Positions 15,204 to 24,000 of a DNA stretch of 24,000 nucleotides are shown one piece after another. Origin of the DNA: Rhodococcus maanshanensis NBRC 100610 (GTDB lineage: Bacteria > Actinomycetota > Actinomycetes > Mycobacteriales > Mycobacteriaceae); assembly GCF_001894865.1 (NCBI RefSeq), contig NZ_BCXA01000037.1, positions 46,916 through 70,915 on the forward strand. Reading direction: 5' to 3'. The notes beneath the pieces are model-generated. The model was not told the origin of the DNA. It saw only the letters and a program-made list of their open reading frames with translations, and searched no databases. Each line of letters opens with the position of its first letter. The first letter of the stretch is position 1. A program made the translations under genes and the position numbers.

Positions 15204-15833
15204 TCACACCGCGACGCTTTGCGGGAGGGCACCGTCGCCGACCCGCACCCCCGGGTGATTGGCCCTGATGTTCACCGCCGCGAGCGCGACCGCCCGCTCG
15301 ATCCGGCGCTGCCGCGTCTCCGGCCGCTTCGCCGTCGCGATCCACTCCAGGATCAGCCGCTTCGAGGACGGCGGAAAGGCCTCGAAGTTCGCGCGGGCGG
15401 CCCCGTTACGATGCAGCGGCTCCCGCAGGTCGTCGGGCAGCGCGGCGCCGTCGTCGGGCACCACCTGCCAGGTCCCGGTGGCCTTGGCGACATCGATCAG
15501 GGCCTGGCCGTGCGGGGTCATGTGGCCCAGCTCGATCATGTTTGCCGCGCGTTCCCGGTTCACCCGGCTCCACGTGCTGCGGCGATTGCGCGGGGTGAAC
15601 CGGAGCCGGGAACTGTCCGCGTCGTGCTTGCGGTGCAGTCCGTCGATCCAGCCGAAGCAGAGGGCCTGCTCGATGGCCTCGTGGTAGCGCGGGCTCGGCG
15701 TGCCGCTGTCCTTGTGGTGGATGATCAGCCAGATCTCCTTCTCGGACTGGCCGTTTCGCGTCAGCCAGTCGCGCCAGTCGGCGATCGTCCGCGGGGCGAA
15801 GGTTGCCACGTCGGGGGTGCTCACGGCGGCCAT
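15204..15833 (-). CDS. YdeI/OmpD-associated (OmdA-like) family protein
   Basis: ATG at 15833, 1 nt after the stop of the upstream VOC gene. Blocks EIWLIIHHKDSG, EQALCFGWIDG, RFTPRNRRSTWS and KRPETRQRRIE are typical of the YdeI family. Confidence 0.85.
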   Translation of the reverse strand: MAAVSTPDVATFAPRTIADWRDWLTRNGQSEKEIWLIIHHKDSGTPSPRYHEAIEQALCFGWIDGLHRKHDADSSRLRFTPRNRRSTWSRVNRERAANMIELGHMTPHGQALIDVAKATGTWQVVPDDGAALPDDLREPLHRNGAARANFEAFPPSSKRLILEWIATAKRPETRQRRIERAVALAAVNIRANHPGVRVGDGALPQSVAV

Positions 15834-15834
15834 C

Positions 15835-16248
15835 TCACGCCTCCTTCGAGCCGAGGATGTCGAGGTAGTGCTGGTTGTACATGACACCGAGGATGTTCCC
15901 GAACGGGTCGACGACGGAGGCGGTGACGAACCCGGGCCCGCGCTCGGTCGGCTTGTCGTGCACGGTGGCGCCCAGCGCGAGCAGTCGATCGAAGCTCGCC
16001 TGGACGTCGTCGACGTGCCAGTAGGTCACCTGGCCCGCGGGCTCGTCCGTGCGGGCGTGCGGCGCGAACCGGCTGTCGATGATGCCGAGCTCGTGCTGGA
16101 AGTCGCCGACGCGGAACTCGACGTATGCGGTCGCCCCGTCGATCTCACGCGCGAAGTACGGCGGGATGCCGAGCACTTCGGTGTACCAGTCCTTGGCGGC
16201 CGCGACATCGTCGGCGAAGAAGCTGACGGTGGTGAGTCCTCGCAACAT
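15835..16248 (-). CDS. VOC (glyoxalase/bleomycin-resistance/dioxygenase) superfamily protein, single-module size (137 aa)
   Basis: MLRGLTTVSFFADDVAAAKDWYTEVLG...YWHVDDVQASFDRLLALGATV...VVDPFGNILGVM is the typical VOC beta-alpha-beta-beta-beta pattern. AAGGAA RBS upstream. Confidence 0.9.
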   Translation of the reverse strand: MLRGLTTVSFFADDVAAAKDWYTEVLGIPPYFAREIDGATAYVEFRVGDFQHELGIIDSRFAPHARTDEPAGQVTYWHVDDVQASFDRLLALGATVHDKPTERGPGFVTASVVDPFGNILGVMYNQHYLDILGSKEA

Positions 16249-16300
16249 CGGTGGTTCCTTCCCTCATTCGGTTGGTGACAAGAACCATCATTCCGATCAA

Positions 16301-16321
16301 AGTGCTCACCAACTGAGCACT
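16301..16321. promoter_or_regulatory. 21-bp palindrome AGTGCTCA-ccaac-TGAGCACT in the divergent WYL-regulator/VOC promoter region (candidate operator)
   Basis: Perfect 8-bp arms. It lies 20 nt upstream of the regulator ATG (16342) and 53 nt from the VOC start (16248). Confidence 0.4.
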
Positions 16322-16341
16322 TTTACGGGGAAACTGAAAAC

Positions 16342-17316
16342 ATGCGCGCAGACCGACTCGTCGCCACCCTCCTGCTCATGCAGTCCCGCGGCCGGGTGAC
16401 GGCCGCCGAACTGGCCGACGAGCTCGAGGTGTCCGTCGCCACCGCCCGCCGCGACCTGGAGGCGCTCTCCGCGGCAGGGATCCCGGTGTACCCGCAGCCC
16501 GGACGCGGTGGCGGCTGGGCGCTCGTCGGCGGCGCCCGCACGGACCTGTCCGGCCTGTCGTCCAACGAGGCGCAGGCCCTGTTCCTGCTCGTCGGCCCCG
16601 CCGCGGCGGTCTCGAGCGAGGCCAAGGCCGCGCTCCGCAAGCTCGTACGCGCTCTGCCCCAGACGTTTCGGGCCGAGGCCGAGGCCGCCGCGGGAGCCAC
16701 CATGATCGACCCGACCCGCTGGGGCGAGCGCGACCGCCGCCGACCGGCGATGGTGGACCAACTGCAGTCCGCCGTGGTCCGCAGGCGCAAGGTCCGGCTG
16801 ACCTATGTCAACGGCGCCCGCGAGCGGAGCGAACGCCTTGTCGATCCGTGGGGCCTGGTCGACAAGGACGACACCTGGTACCTGATCGCCGGGACCGAGC
16901 ACGGCCGGCGCACCTTTCGGGTGGACCGGATCGCCGAGGCCGAGCCGACCGATCGGCCCGCCGACCGGCCCGACGACTTCGAACTCGCCGCCGCATGGGA
17001 GCAGGTGGTCGGGAAGATGGAGGAGCGGCGCGGGGCTACCTGGGCGACGGTGCTCATCGAGGCCCGGTTCGTGCGGATCCTGCGCGACCACTTCGGCAGG
17101 CACTGCCACACCGATGGCGAGACCGACGACGGCCGCACCCGGGTCCGCCTCGCCGCGCCGACCCCGCTCGACATCGCCCGCAACCTCGCCGGCTGGGGCG
17201 CGGACGTCGAGGTGCTGGAGCCGCGATCTGTCCGGGACGAGTTGGCGCGCATCGGAATCGAGCTCGCCGGTCGCTATGCCGGAGGTGCGAGATCTGTACA
17301 CGGCGACGAGGGGTAG
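16342..17316 (+). CDS. HTH + WYL domain transcriptional regulator (YafY/PafBC-like architecture)
   Basis: N-terminal wHTH (RADRLVATLLLMQSRGRVTAAELADELEVSVATARRDLEAL). WYL-domain core (RKVRLTYVNGARERSERLVDPWGLVDKDDTWYLIAGTEHGRRTFRVDRI) and a C-terminal extension domain. Confidence 0.9.
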   Translation: MRADRLVATLLLMQSRGRVTAAELADELEVSVATARRDLEALSAAGIPVYPQPGRGGGWALVGGARTDLSGLSSNEAQALFLLVGPAAAVSSEAKAALRKLVRALPQTFRAEAEAAAGATMIDPTRWGERDRRRPAMVDQLQSAVVRRRKVRLTYVNGARERSERLVDPWGLVDKDDTWYLIAGTEHGRRTFRVDRIAEAEPTDRPADRPDDFELAAAWEQVVGKMEERRGATWATVLIEARFVRILRDHFGRHCHTDGETDDGRTRVRLAAPTPLDIARNLAGWGADVEVLEPRSVRDELARIGIELAGRYAGGARSVHGDEG

Positions 17317-17362
17317 GCAAGCACACACAGATTCTCGCGTCACCCACAGGCTTCGAGCGCGT

Positions 17363-17797
17363 TCATGCCCTTCCCCGGTGCCGTGCCTTCGCCTTCGTAC
17401 GAGCGATCTGCCTGCGGGTGTGCTCGGCGGTGTCGCGAAGGTGCTTTCGCCTCGACTTCCGGGCGCTCGCGTTCTCGGAGATGGTCTGCTTGACAGCCTC
17501 CTGGGCGGCGGTGCTGACGGCCGGCTGGGCTCGTTCCCTCGCGACCTGCCGCGCCAGCCGTTTCGGATTGACCGGCCGTGCTGCCGCCTGCCGCTGATCG
17601 ACCGGCACCGCAGGTGAGCGGTGCGCGAGGGCGGACAGCGCCCCATAGTCGCGTAGCGAGAACTCGTAGAGTTCGGGGCCGCTCGGTTCGGACCCGAACA
17701 CGTGGCGAGCGACGCGCAATTCGCCGTTGTCGATGACCTCGAGCAGGCCGACCCAAAATTGTCCGTCGTAGAAGACGGTGAACGTCGTGGAACTCAC
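17363..17797 (-). CDS. DUF2992 (YjdF-family) protein
   Basis: GTG at 17797, 6 nt after GGAGG. FTVFYDGQFWVGLLEV..G.LRVARHVFG.EP...ELYEF...NPKRLARQV plus a Lys/Arg-rich tail ending HRGRA, matching my recollection of B. subtilis YjdF along its whole length. The ORF stays open upstream to 17950 but without family support. Confidence 0.8.
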   Translation of the reverse strand: MSSTTFTVFYDGQFWVGLLEVIDNGELRVARHVFGSEPSGPELYEFSLRDYGALSALAHRSPAVPVDQRQAAARPVNPKRLARQVARERAQPAVSTAAQEAVKQTISENASARKSRRKHLRDTAEHTRRQIARTKAKARHRGRA

Positions 17798-18040
17798 TTC
17801 CAACCTCCAGGTATGCGTAGGCAACCTGGCAGCATCAGGAGTCTTCGACGGCGAAGTGACGAGCACGCCCGAGCTGGGGGCCCGAGGACCCATCGGGACG
17901 TGCCATCCGGACTTCCTCCGGACTGTGCAATTCGTGCGACCAGCAATCAAGGTCAGCCTATCGCATGTATTAAAAACGCAGGTCAGGACCTATTTGAATC
18001 GTGATAGCTTCGCTGCCGCCGAATCACAGTGGGAGAAATC

Positions 18041-18502
18041 ATGCGTATGACGCTTCAACACGTTCCGACTCGTCGCCTTGCCTTTGTGCGCGTGACCGGA
18101 CCGTTTGGACAGGGCAACGCCCAGGCGATCGCCGATATCAAGCAGTGGGCGTCTCGCCGGGGACTACTCCGTGACGGAGCGATCCTGTGCGGGATTCCGA
18201 GGGACGATCCCTCGGCGACACCGCCCGAGGAGTGCCGCTACGACGCGGCGATCGTCGTGAGTGACGATCTCGAACTCGATGACACGGTCGGCGTCGGCAA
18301 CCTCCGCGGCGGGAGGTACGCGGTGTTCGATGTGCCGCACACCACGGAGGGCCTGAATGCGGCGTGGTCGAGACTGTTCGCGGAAATCGAAACTCGCGGG
18401 CTCGCAATGGACGACGCCCCGATCTTCGAGATGTACACATCCGAATTGCTCGCACGCCACACCTGCCAGCTCTGGGTACCGCTTCGGCGGGAACTCCCCT
18501 GA
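18041..18502 (+). CDS. Stand-alone GyrI-like small-molecule-binding domain protein (SbmC/AraC-effector-domain-like)
   Basis: ATG at 18041, 5 nt after GGGAGA. Pattern ...RRLAFVRVTGPFG...AIVVSDD...G.LRGGRYAVF...GLNAAWSRLF...PIFEMY is typical of the GyrI-like fold. No DNA-binding domain attached. Confidence 0.85.
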   Translation: MRMTLQHVPTRRLAFVRVTGPFGQGNAQAIADIKQWASRRGLLRDGAILCGIPRDDPSATPPEECRYDAAIVVSDDLELDDTVGVGNLRGGRYAVFDVPHTTEGLNAAWSRLFAEIETRGLAMDDAPIFEMYTSELLARHTCQLWVPLRRELP

Positions 18503-18528
18503 TCTCGCGTACCCGCCCGGCCGTCATC

Positions 18529-19380
18529 TCACCGGAGCAGGAACTCGATGGCGACTCGCTCGAACGCCTCCTTCGCCTCGACCATCACCCAGTGACCGCA
18601 GTTCGGGAACACGTGCAACTCGGCATCGGGGATCAGCCTCATCGGCACCATGGGCATGTCCGGTGGGCACTGTCGGTCGTCTCGGCCCCAGGTGAGCAGG
18701 GTCGGACACCGCACCTTGTGCATCATCGACCAGTACGGTGGCGCATCCGATGCGACCATCGCCTGTTGTTGCGCCGCAAACGCTTTGGAGCCGTACATCG
18801 CCGCAAGCGTCTCGTGCGACGCCGGGTCGTTGGCGGTCTCCCAGCGTTCCTCGACCCGCTCCTCCGTGATCACGGCGGGGTCGTAGACCATGCATTCGAG
18901 CCAGCGGACCAGCCTTTCGCGGCTCGGGCTGTCGGCGAACTCCTGCAGTAGCCTTGTGCCCTCACTCGGGTTCTGACTGAAGATGTTCGGACCCACCCCG
19001 CCGATAGTGACGAGCTTGCTGACCCGCTCGGGGTGTCTCATCGCCAGGTTGACGCCGACGACGCCGCCCATCGAATTCCCGATCATCGCGGCCGATGGGA
19101 TACCGAGTTCGTCCATGAAGCGGATCACCGACGAACCCGCGGTGAGCACGGGATGCCCTTCCACTGGATCACTCACGCCAAATCCCGGGAACTCCAGGAT
19201 GTAGCAGTGGAAGTGCTCGGCGAAGACGTCCAGGTTTCCCCGATAGTTTCGCCAGCCGCTGACTCCGATACCGGAGCCGTGCAACAAGATCAGCGGCGGC
19301 CCCTCCCCCGCCTCGTGGTAGCGCAACACCCCCTTGTCTGTGACGACTTCCCTCTTGGTCCCCTCGTAGGTCACGTCCAT
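18529..19380 (-). CDS. Meta-cleavage-product (C-C bond) hydrolase, BphD/HsaD-like alpha/beta-hydrolase
   Basis: LILLHGSGIGVSGW (oxyanion HG), nucleophile elbow GNSMGG, C-terminal GRDD...CGHW (Asp/His). Overall length and order are typical of MCP hydrolases. Confidence 0.9.
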   Translation of the reverse strand: MDVTYEGTKREVVTDKGVLRYHEAGEGPPLILLHGSGIGVSGWRNYRGNLDVFAEHFHCYILEFPGFGVSDPVEGHPVLTAGSSVIRFMDELGIPSAAMIGNSMGGVVGVNLAMRHPERVSKLVTIGGVGPNIFSQNPSEGTRLLQEFADSPSRERLVRWLECMVYDPAVITEERVEERWETANDPASHETLAAMYGSKAFAAQQQAMVASDAPPYWSMMHKVRCPTLLTWGRDDRQCPPDMPMVPMRLIPDAELHVFPNCGHWVMVEAKEAFERVAIEFLLR

Positions 19381-19390
19381 CCCAAAAGAT

Positions 19391-19404
19391 TAGAATGTGT
19401 TCTA
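19391..19404. promoter_or_regulatory. KstR-type operator-like box TAGAATGTGTTCTA
   Basis: Matches TnnAACnnGTTnnA at 7 of the 8 specified positions. It starts 11 nt upstream of the hydrolase ATG and overlaps TANNNT hexamers on both strands (TAGTTT on +, TAATCT on -). Confidence 0.5.
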
Positions 19405-19610
19405 GTTTGATGTCGTGAAATCCGCCAGGTCTCGCCGAATCAGTGATTCGCGACACCAGTTCCGAATGACCGGCCGCCACACCAGGAACCCTAGAGAGCC
19501 TCAGATAGCAGCATTTACCTGCTTATATCTGGAACGATGCCGTCGACACACGCTGACGACCGGTCTCCACAGGGAAAGAAACCCAATCAGTCCGATCCCT
19601 TTCGCATTCA

Positions 19611-19624
19611 TGGAACATGTTCTA
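19611..19624. promoter_or_regulatory. KstR-type operator-like box TGGAACATGTTCTA
   Basis: Perfect match to TnnAACnnGTTnnA, with a perfect palindromic core GAACATGTTC. It overlaps the -10-like TAGTTT (19623-19628), with TTCGCA 16 nt upstream, and ends 46 nt before the monooxygenase ATG. Confidence 0.55.
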
Positions 19625-19670
19625 GTTTTGCATTCAGTCAGCCGGCAACTTCTACCGAGACGAGGCAGTC

Positions 19671-20849
19671 ATGGGTCAGGTTCACGAGCGGATCGAGCAG
19701 TACGCGGACGAGATCCGCGCGGACGGTGTCGAGGGCGACAAGCTGATGCGCCTGACCGATGCCTCGGCCAAGCGGTTGCGGGATTCCGGGGTGATCCGGA
19801 TGCTGCAGCCCAAGGATCACGGCGGCCTCGAGGCGCACCCGAGGGAGTTCGCCGAGACCGCGATGGCGATCGGTGCGATGGACGGCGCCACCGGCTGGGT
19901 CAGCGGCATCGTCGGCGTGCACCCATGGGAGCTGGCGTTCTTCGACCCGAAGGCCCAGCAGGAGGTGTGGGGTGAGGACCCCGACACCTGGATGGCCTCG
20001 CCCTACGCGCCGATGGGTGTCGCGGTCCCGACCGACGGCGGTTACATCCTCAGCGGCCGCTGGTCATTCTCCTCGGGTACCGATCACTGCCAGTGGGTGA
20101 TGATCGGCGCGGCCGTGGGCGACCAGGACGGCAACCGGCTGATGCCGCCGAAGATCCTGCACGTGCTGCTGCCGCGCAGCGACTACGACATCGACCAGGA
20201 CAGCTGGGACGTCGTCGGACTGCGCGGCACCGGCAGCAAGGACCTGATCGTCAAGGGCGCCTTCATCCCGGCGCACCGAACCCTGGACGCGGCGAAGGTC
20301 TTCGACGGCACCGCGCCGAAGGAGGCGGGGCGCACGCAGACGCTGTACAACTTCCCGTTCTCGTGCATCTTCCCGCTTGGCATCACCTCGTCGCTGATCG
20401 GCATCGCCGAGGGCGCGCTGGCCTGCCATCTGAACGCACAGCGCGAGCGGATCACGGTGTCCGGCACTGCGATCAAGGACGATCCGTACGTGCTGTACGC
20501 GATCGGCGAGGCCGCCGCGGAGATCGCCGCGTCGCGGGCGGCGATCCTCGAGACGGTGGACCGGTTCTGGGATCTCACCGACAGCGGCAAGGAGGTCACC
20601 TTCGAGCAGCGCGCGATCGGTCGCCGGACCCAGACCGCCGCAGCGTGGCGGGCGGTACGTGCGGTCGACGAGATCTTCGCCCGGTCGGGTGGCGGTGCGC
20701 TGCAGATGAAGACGCCGATGCAGCGATTCTGGCGGGACGCGCACGCCGGCCTCTCGCACGCCATCCACGTGCCCGGCTCGATCTTCCACTCGTCGGCGCT
20801 GACCCAGCTCGGCGGCGAGCCGCAGGGCGCCCACCGCGCGATGATCTGA
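19671..20849 (+). CDS. HsaA-like flavin-dependent monooxygenase, oxygenase component (acyl-CoA-dehydrogenase fold)
   Basis: 392 aa, with GAGG RBS 5 nt upstream. Long blocks resemble my recollection of M. tuberculosis HsaA (GWVSGIVGVHPWELAFFDPKAQQEVWGEDPDTWMASPYAPMG, VVGLRGTGS, MQRFWRDAHAG). Confidence 0.9.
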   Translation: MGQVHERIEQYADEIRADGVEGDKLMRLTDASAKRLRDSGVIRMLQPKDHGGLEAHPREFAETAMAIGAMDGATGWVSGIVGVHPWELAFFDPKAQQEVWGEDPDTWMASPYAPMGVAVPTDGGYILSGRWSFSSGTDHCQWVMIGAAVGDQDGNRLMPPKILHVLLPRSDYDIDQDSWDVVGLRGTGSKDLIVKGAFIPAHRTLDAAKVFDGTAPKEAGRTQTLYNFPFSCIFPLGITSSLIGIAEGALACHLNAQRERITVSGTAIKDDPYVLYAIGEAAAEIAASRAAILETVDRFWDLTDSGKEVTFEQRAIGRRTQTAAAWRAVRAVDEIFARSGGGALQMKTPMQRFWRDAHAGLSHAIHVPGSIFHSSALTQLGGEPQGAHRAMI

Positions 20850-20868
20850 CGGGATCGGGAGAAACGCG

Positions 20869-20903
20869 GGCGCCCCGTGAGCCGTGTGGGCTCGCGGGGC
20901 GCC
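20869..20903. terminator. Bidirectional stem-loop between the convergent monooxygenase and katG genes
   Basis: ggcgccccgtgagcc-gtgtg-ggctcgcggggcgcc: a 15-bp stem with one G-U position and a 5-nt loop, centred in the 63-nt convergent spacer. Confidence 0.6.
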
Positions 20904-20912
20904 GTGCCGGTC

Positions 20913-23586
<2,674 letters not shown>

Positions 23587-23606
23587 CTCAATACAATGGC
23601 GCATCG

Positions 23607-23625
23607 TTCTGGACTCGGTCAAGAG
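23607..23625. promoter_or_regulatory. Imperfect inverted repeat TTCTGGAC-tcg-GTCAAGAG overlapping a TTGACC -35-like hexamer upstream of furA (candidate FurA autoregulatory site)
   Basis: 6 of 8 arm positions are complementary. On the coding strand the layout is TTGACC-18 nt-CATTGT-6 nt-GTG(23586), compatible with a leaderless furA transcript. Confidence 0.3.
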
Positions 23626-23646
23626 TTTTCGGTCTCGATCGCGGAC

Positions 23647-24000
23647 CTACCGCCCGCCCAGCGGAACCGCGCCTGCCGCAGGCAGCGGGGGAAGGTCCCC
23701 GAGCGGCGCTGGTGTCAGCGTCGTCGACTGCGGGTCCGCCCGGCCCAGCCCGATCTTGCGGACCTCGGATCCCGCCGCACCCGCGCTGCTGACGAGCAGA
23801 TCCGCGCCCGCGGTGGTGCTGGTGGTGGCCACCTGCACCCCGCCGCCCGCGAACGGCTCGAAGGAGGCGATCTGCCGGAAATCCACTGGGCCCGAGTGGT
23901 GGTCCGGGCTCTCGAGGTACATCCCGGGCTCGCCGTCGAGCCGTGAGCCGCTCGACCACACGCGCACCGTGCCTGCCCCGCCGGTCATGCCGGTCACGAT
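23647..24000 (-). CDS. C-terminal part of a hypothetical protein with FG-GAP/beta-propeller-like repeats (5' end outside window)
   Basis: The frame is open from the window edge to TAG at 23647-23649, with strong GC3 bias. Segments such as FEPFAGGGVQVATTSTTAGADLLVSSAG and GGAGTVRVW resemble FG-GAP-type blades. Confidence 0.55.
   Translation of the reverse strand: MVTGMTGGAGTVRVWSSGSRLDGEPGMYLESPDHHSGPVDFRQIASFEPFAGGGVQVATTSTTAGADLLVSSAGAAGSEVRKIGLGRADPQSTTLTPAPLGDLPPLPAAGAVPLGGR

Noticed and set aside
16342-17316. WYL-domain regulator as a marker of a phage-defence island
   Set aside because: The neighbours are VOC, YdeI, hydrolase and DUF2992. There are no nucleases, helicases, methyltransferases, Cas, CBASS or TIR-type genes within reach. 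The pattern fits the common YafY-type regulator plus VOC pairing instead.
19415-19975. 186-aa ORF starting at a GTG just downstream of the first KstR-like box and running into the monooxygenase gene
   Set aside because: It has poor coding character (Arg-rich, no GC3 bias in the GC-poor spacer, no domains) and is out of frame with the well-supported HsaA-like CDS. It was considered only as a possible untranslated leader or sRNA.

Overview
The window is very GC-rich (about 70% by eye) and its gene content looks actinobacterial (Mycobacteriales/Pseudonocardiales-like: lon with a HAIR-like box, furA-katG, HsaA/HsaD-like genes with KstR-type boxes). I support about 24 protein genes and one tRNA.

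Left to right:
- 3' end of an APC amino-acid permease
- canonical LonA protease, then a small lipoprotein
- 4-TM membrane protein, divergent from an amidase
- Cys-rich/pentapeptide-repeat fusion protein, which overlaps convergently with a CPA1 cation:proton antiporter
- tRNA-Thr(UGU)
- co-directional five-gene block: FAD subunit, fused 2Fe-2S/molybdopterin subunit, membrane-anchored tandem ABM protein, tandem-PepSY lipoprotein, RibD_C/DHFR-family reductase
- WYL-domain regulator divergent from a tight VOC, YdeI, lipoprotein alpha/beta-hydrolase operon
- DUF2992 (YjdF-family) gene divergent from a stand-alone GyrI-like protein
- C-C bond (meta-cleavage product) hydrolase divergent from an HsaA-like flavin monooxygenase, across a GC-poor spacer carrying two KstR-type boxes
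- furA-katG, then the 3' end of a beta-propeller-like ORF

I found no transposase, integrase, CRISPR array, recognisable anti-phage module or secondary-metabolite core enzyme. The most unusual items are:
- the molybdo-hydroxylase/ABM/PepSY/RibD_C cluster
- the YkgJ-like Cys-cluster/pentapeptide fusion
- the WYL-controlled small-molecule operon next to the DUF2992/GyrI-like pair
- the duplicated KstR-type operator/promoter module

All functional calls come from motif recognition in the translations. No searches were run.
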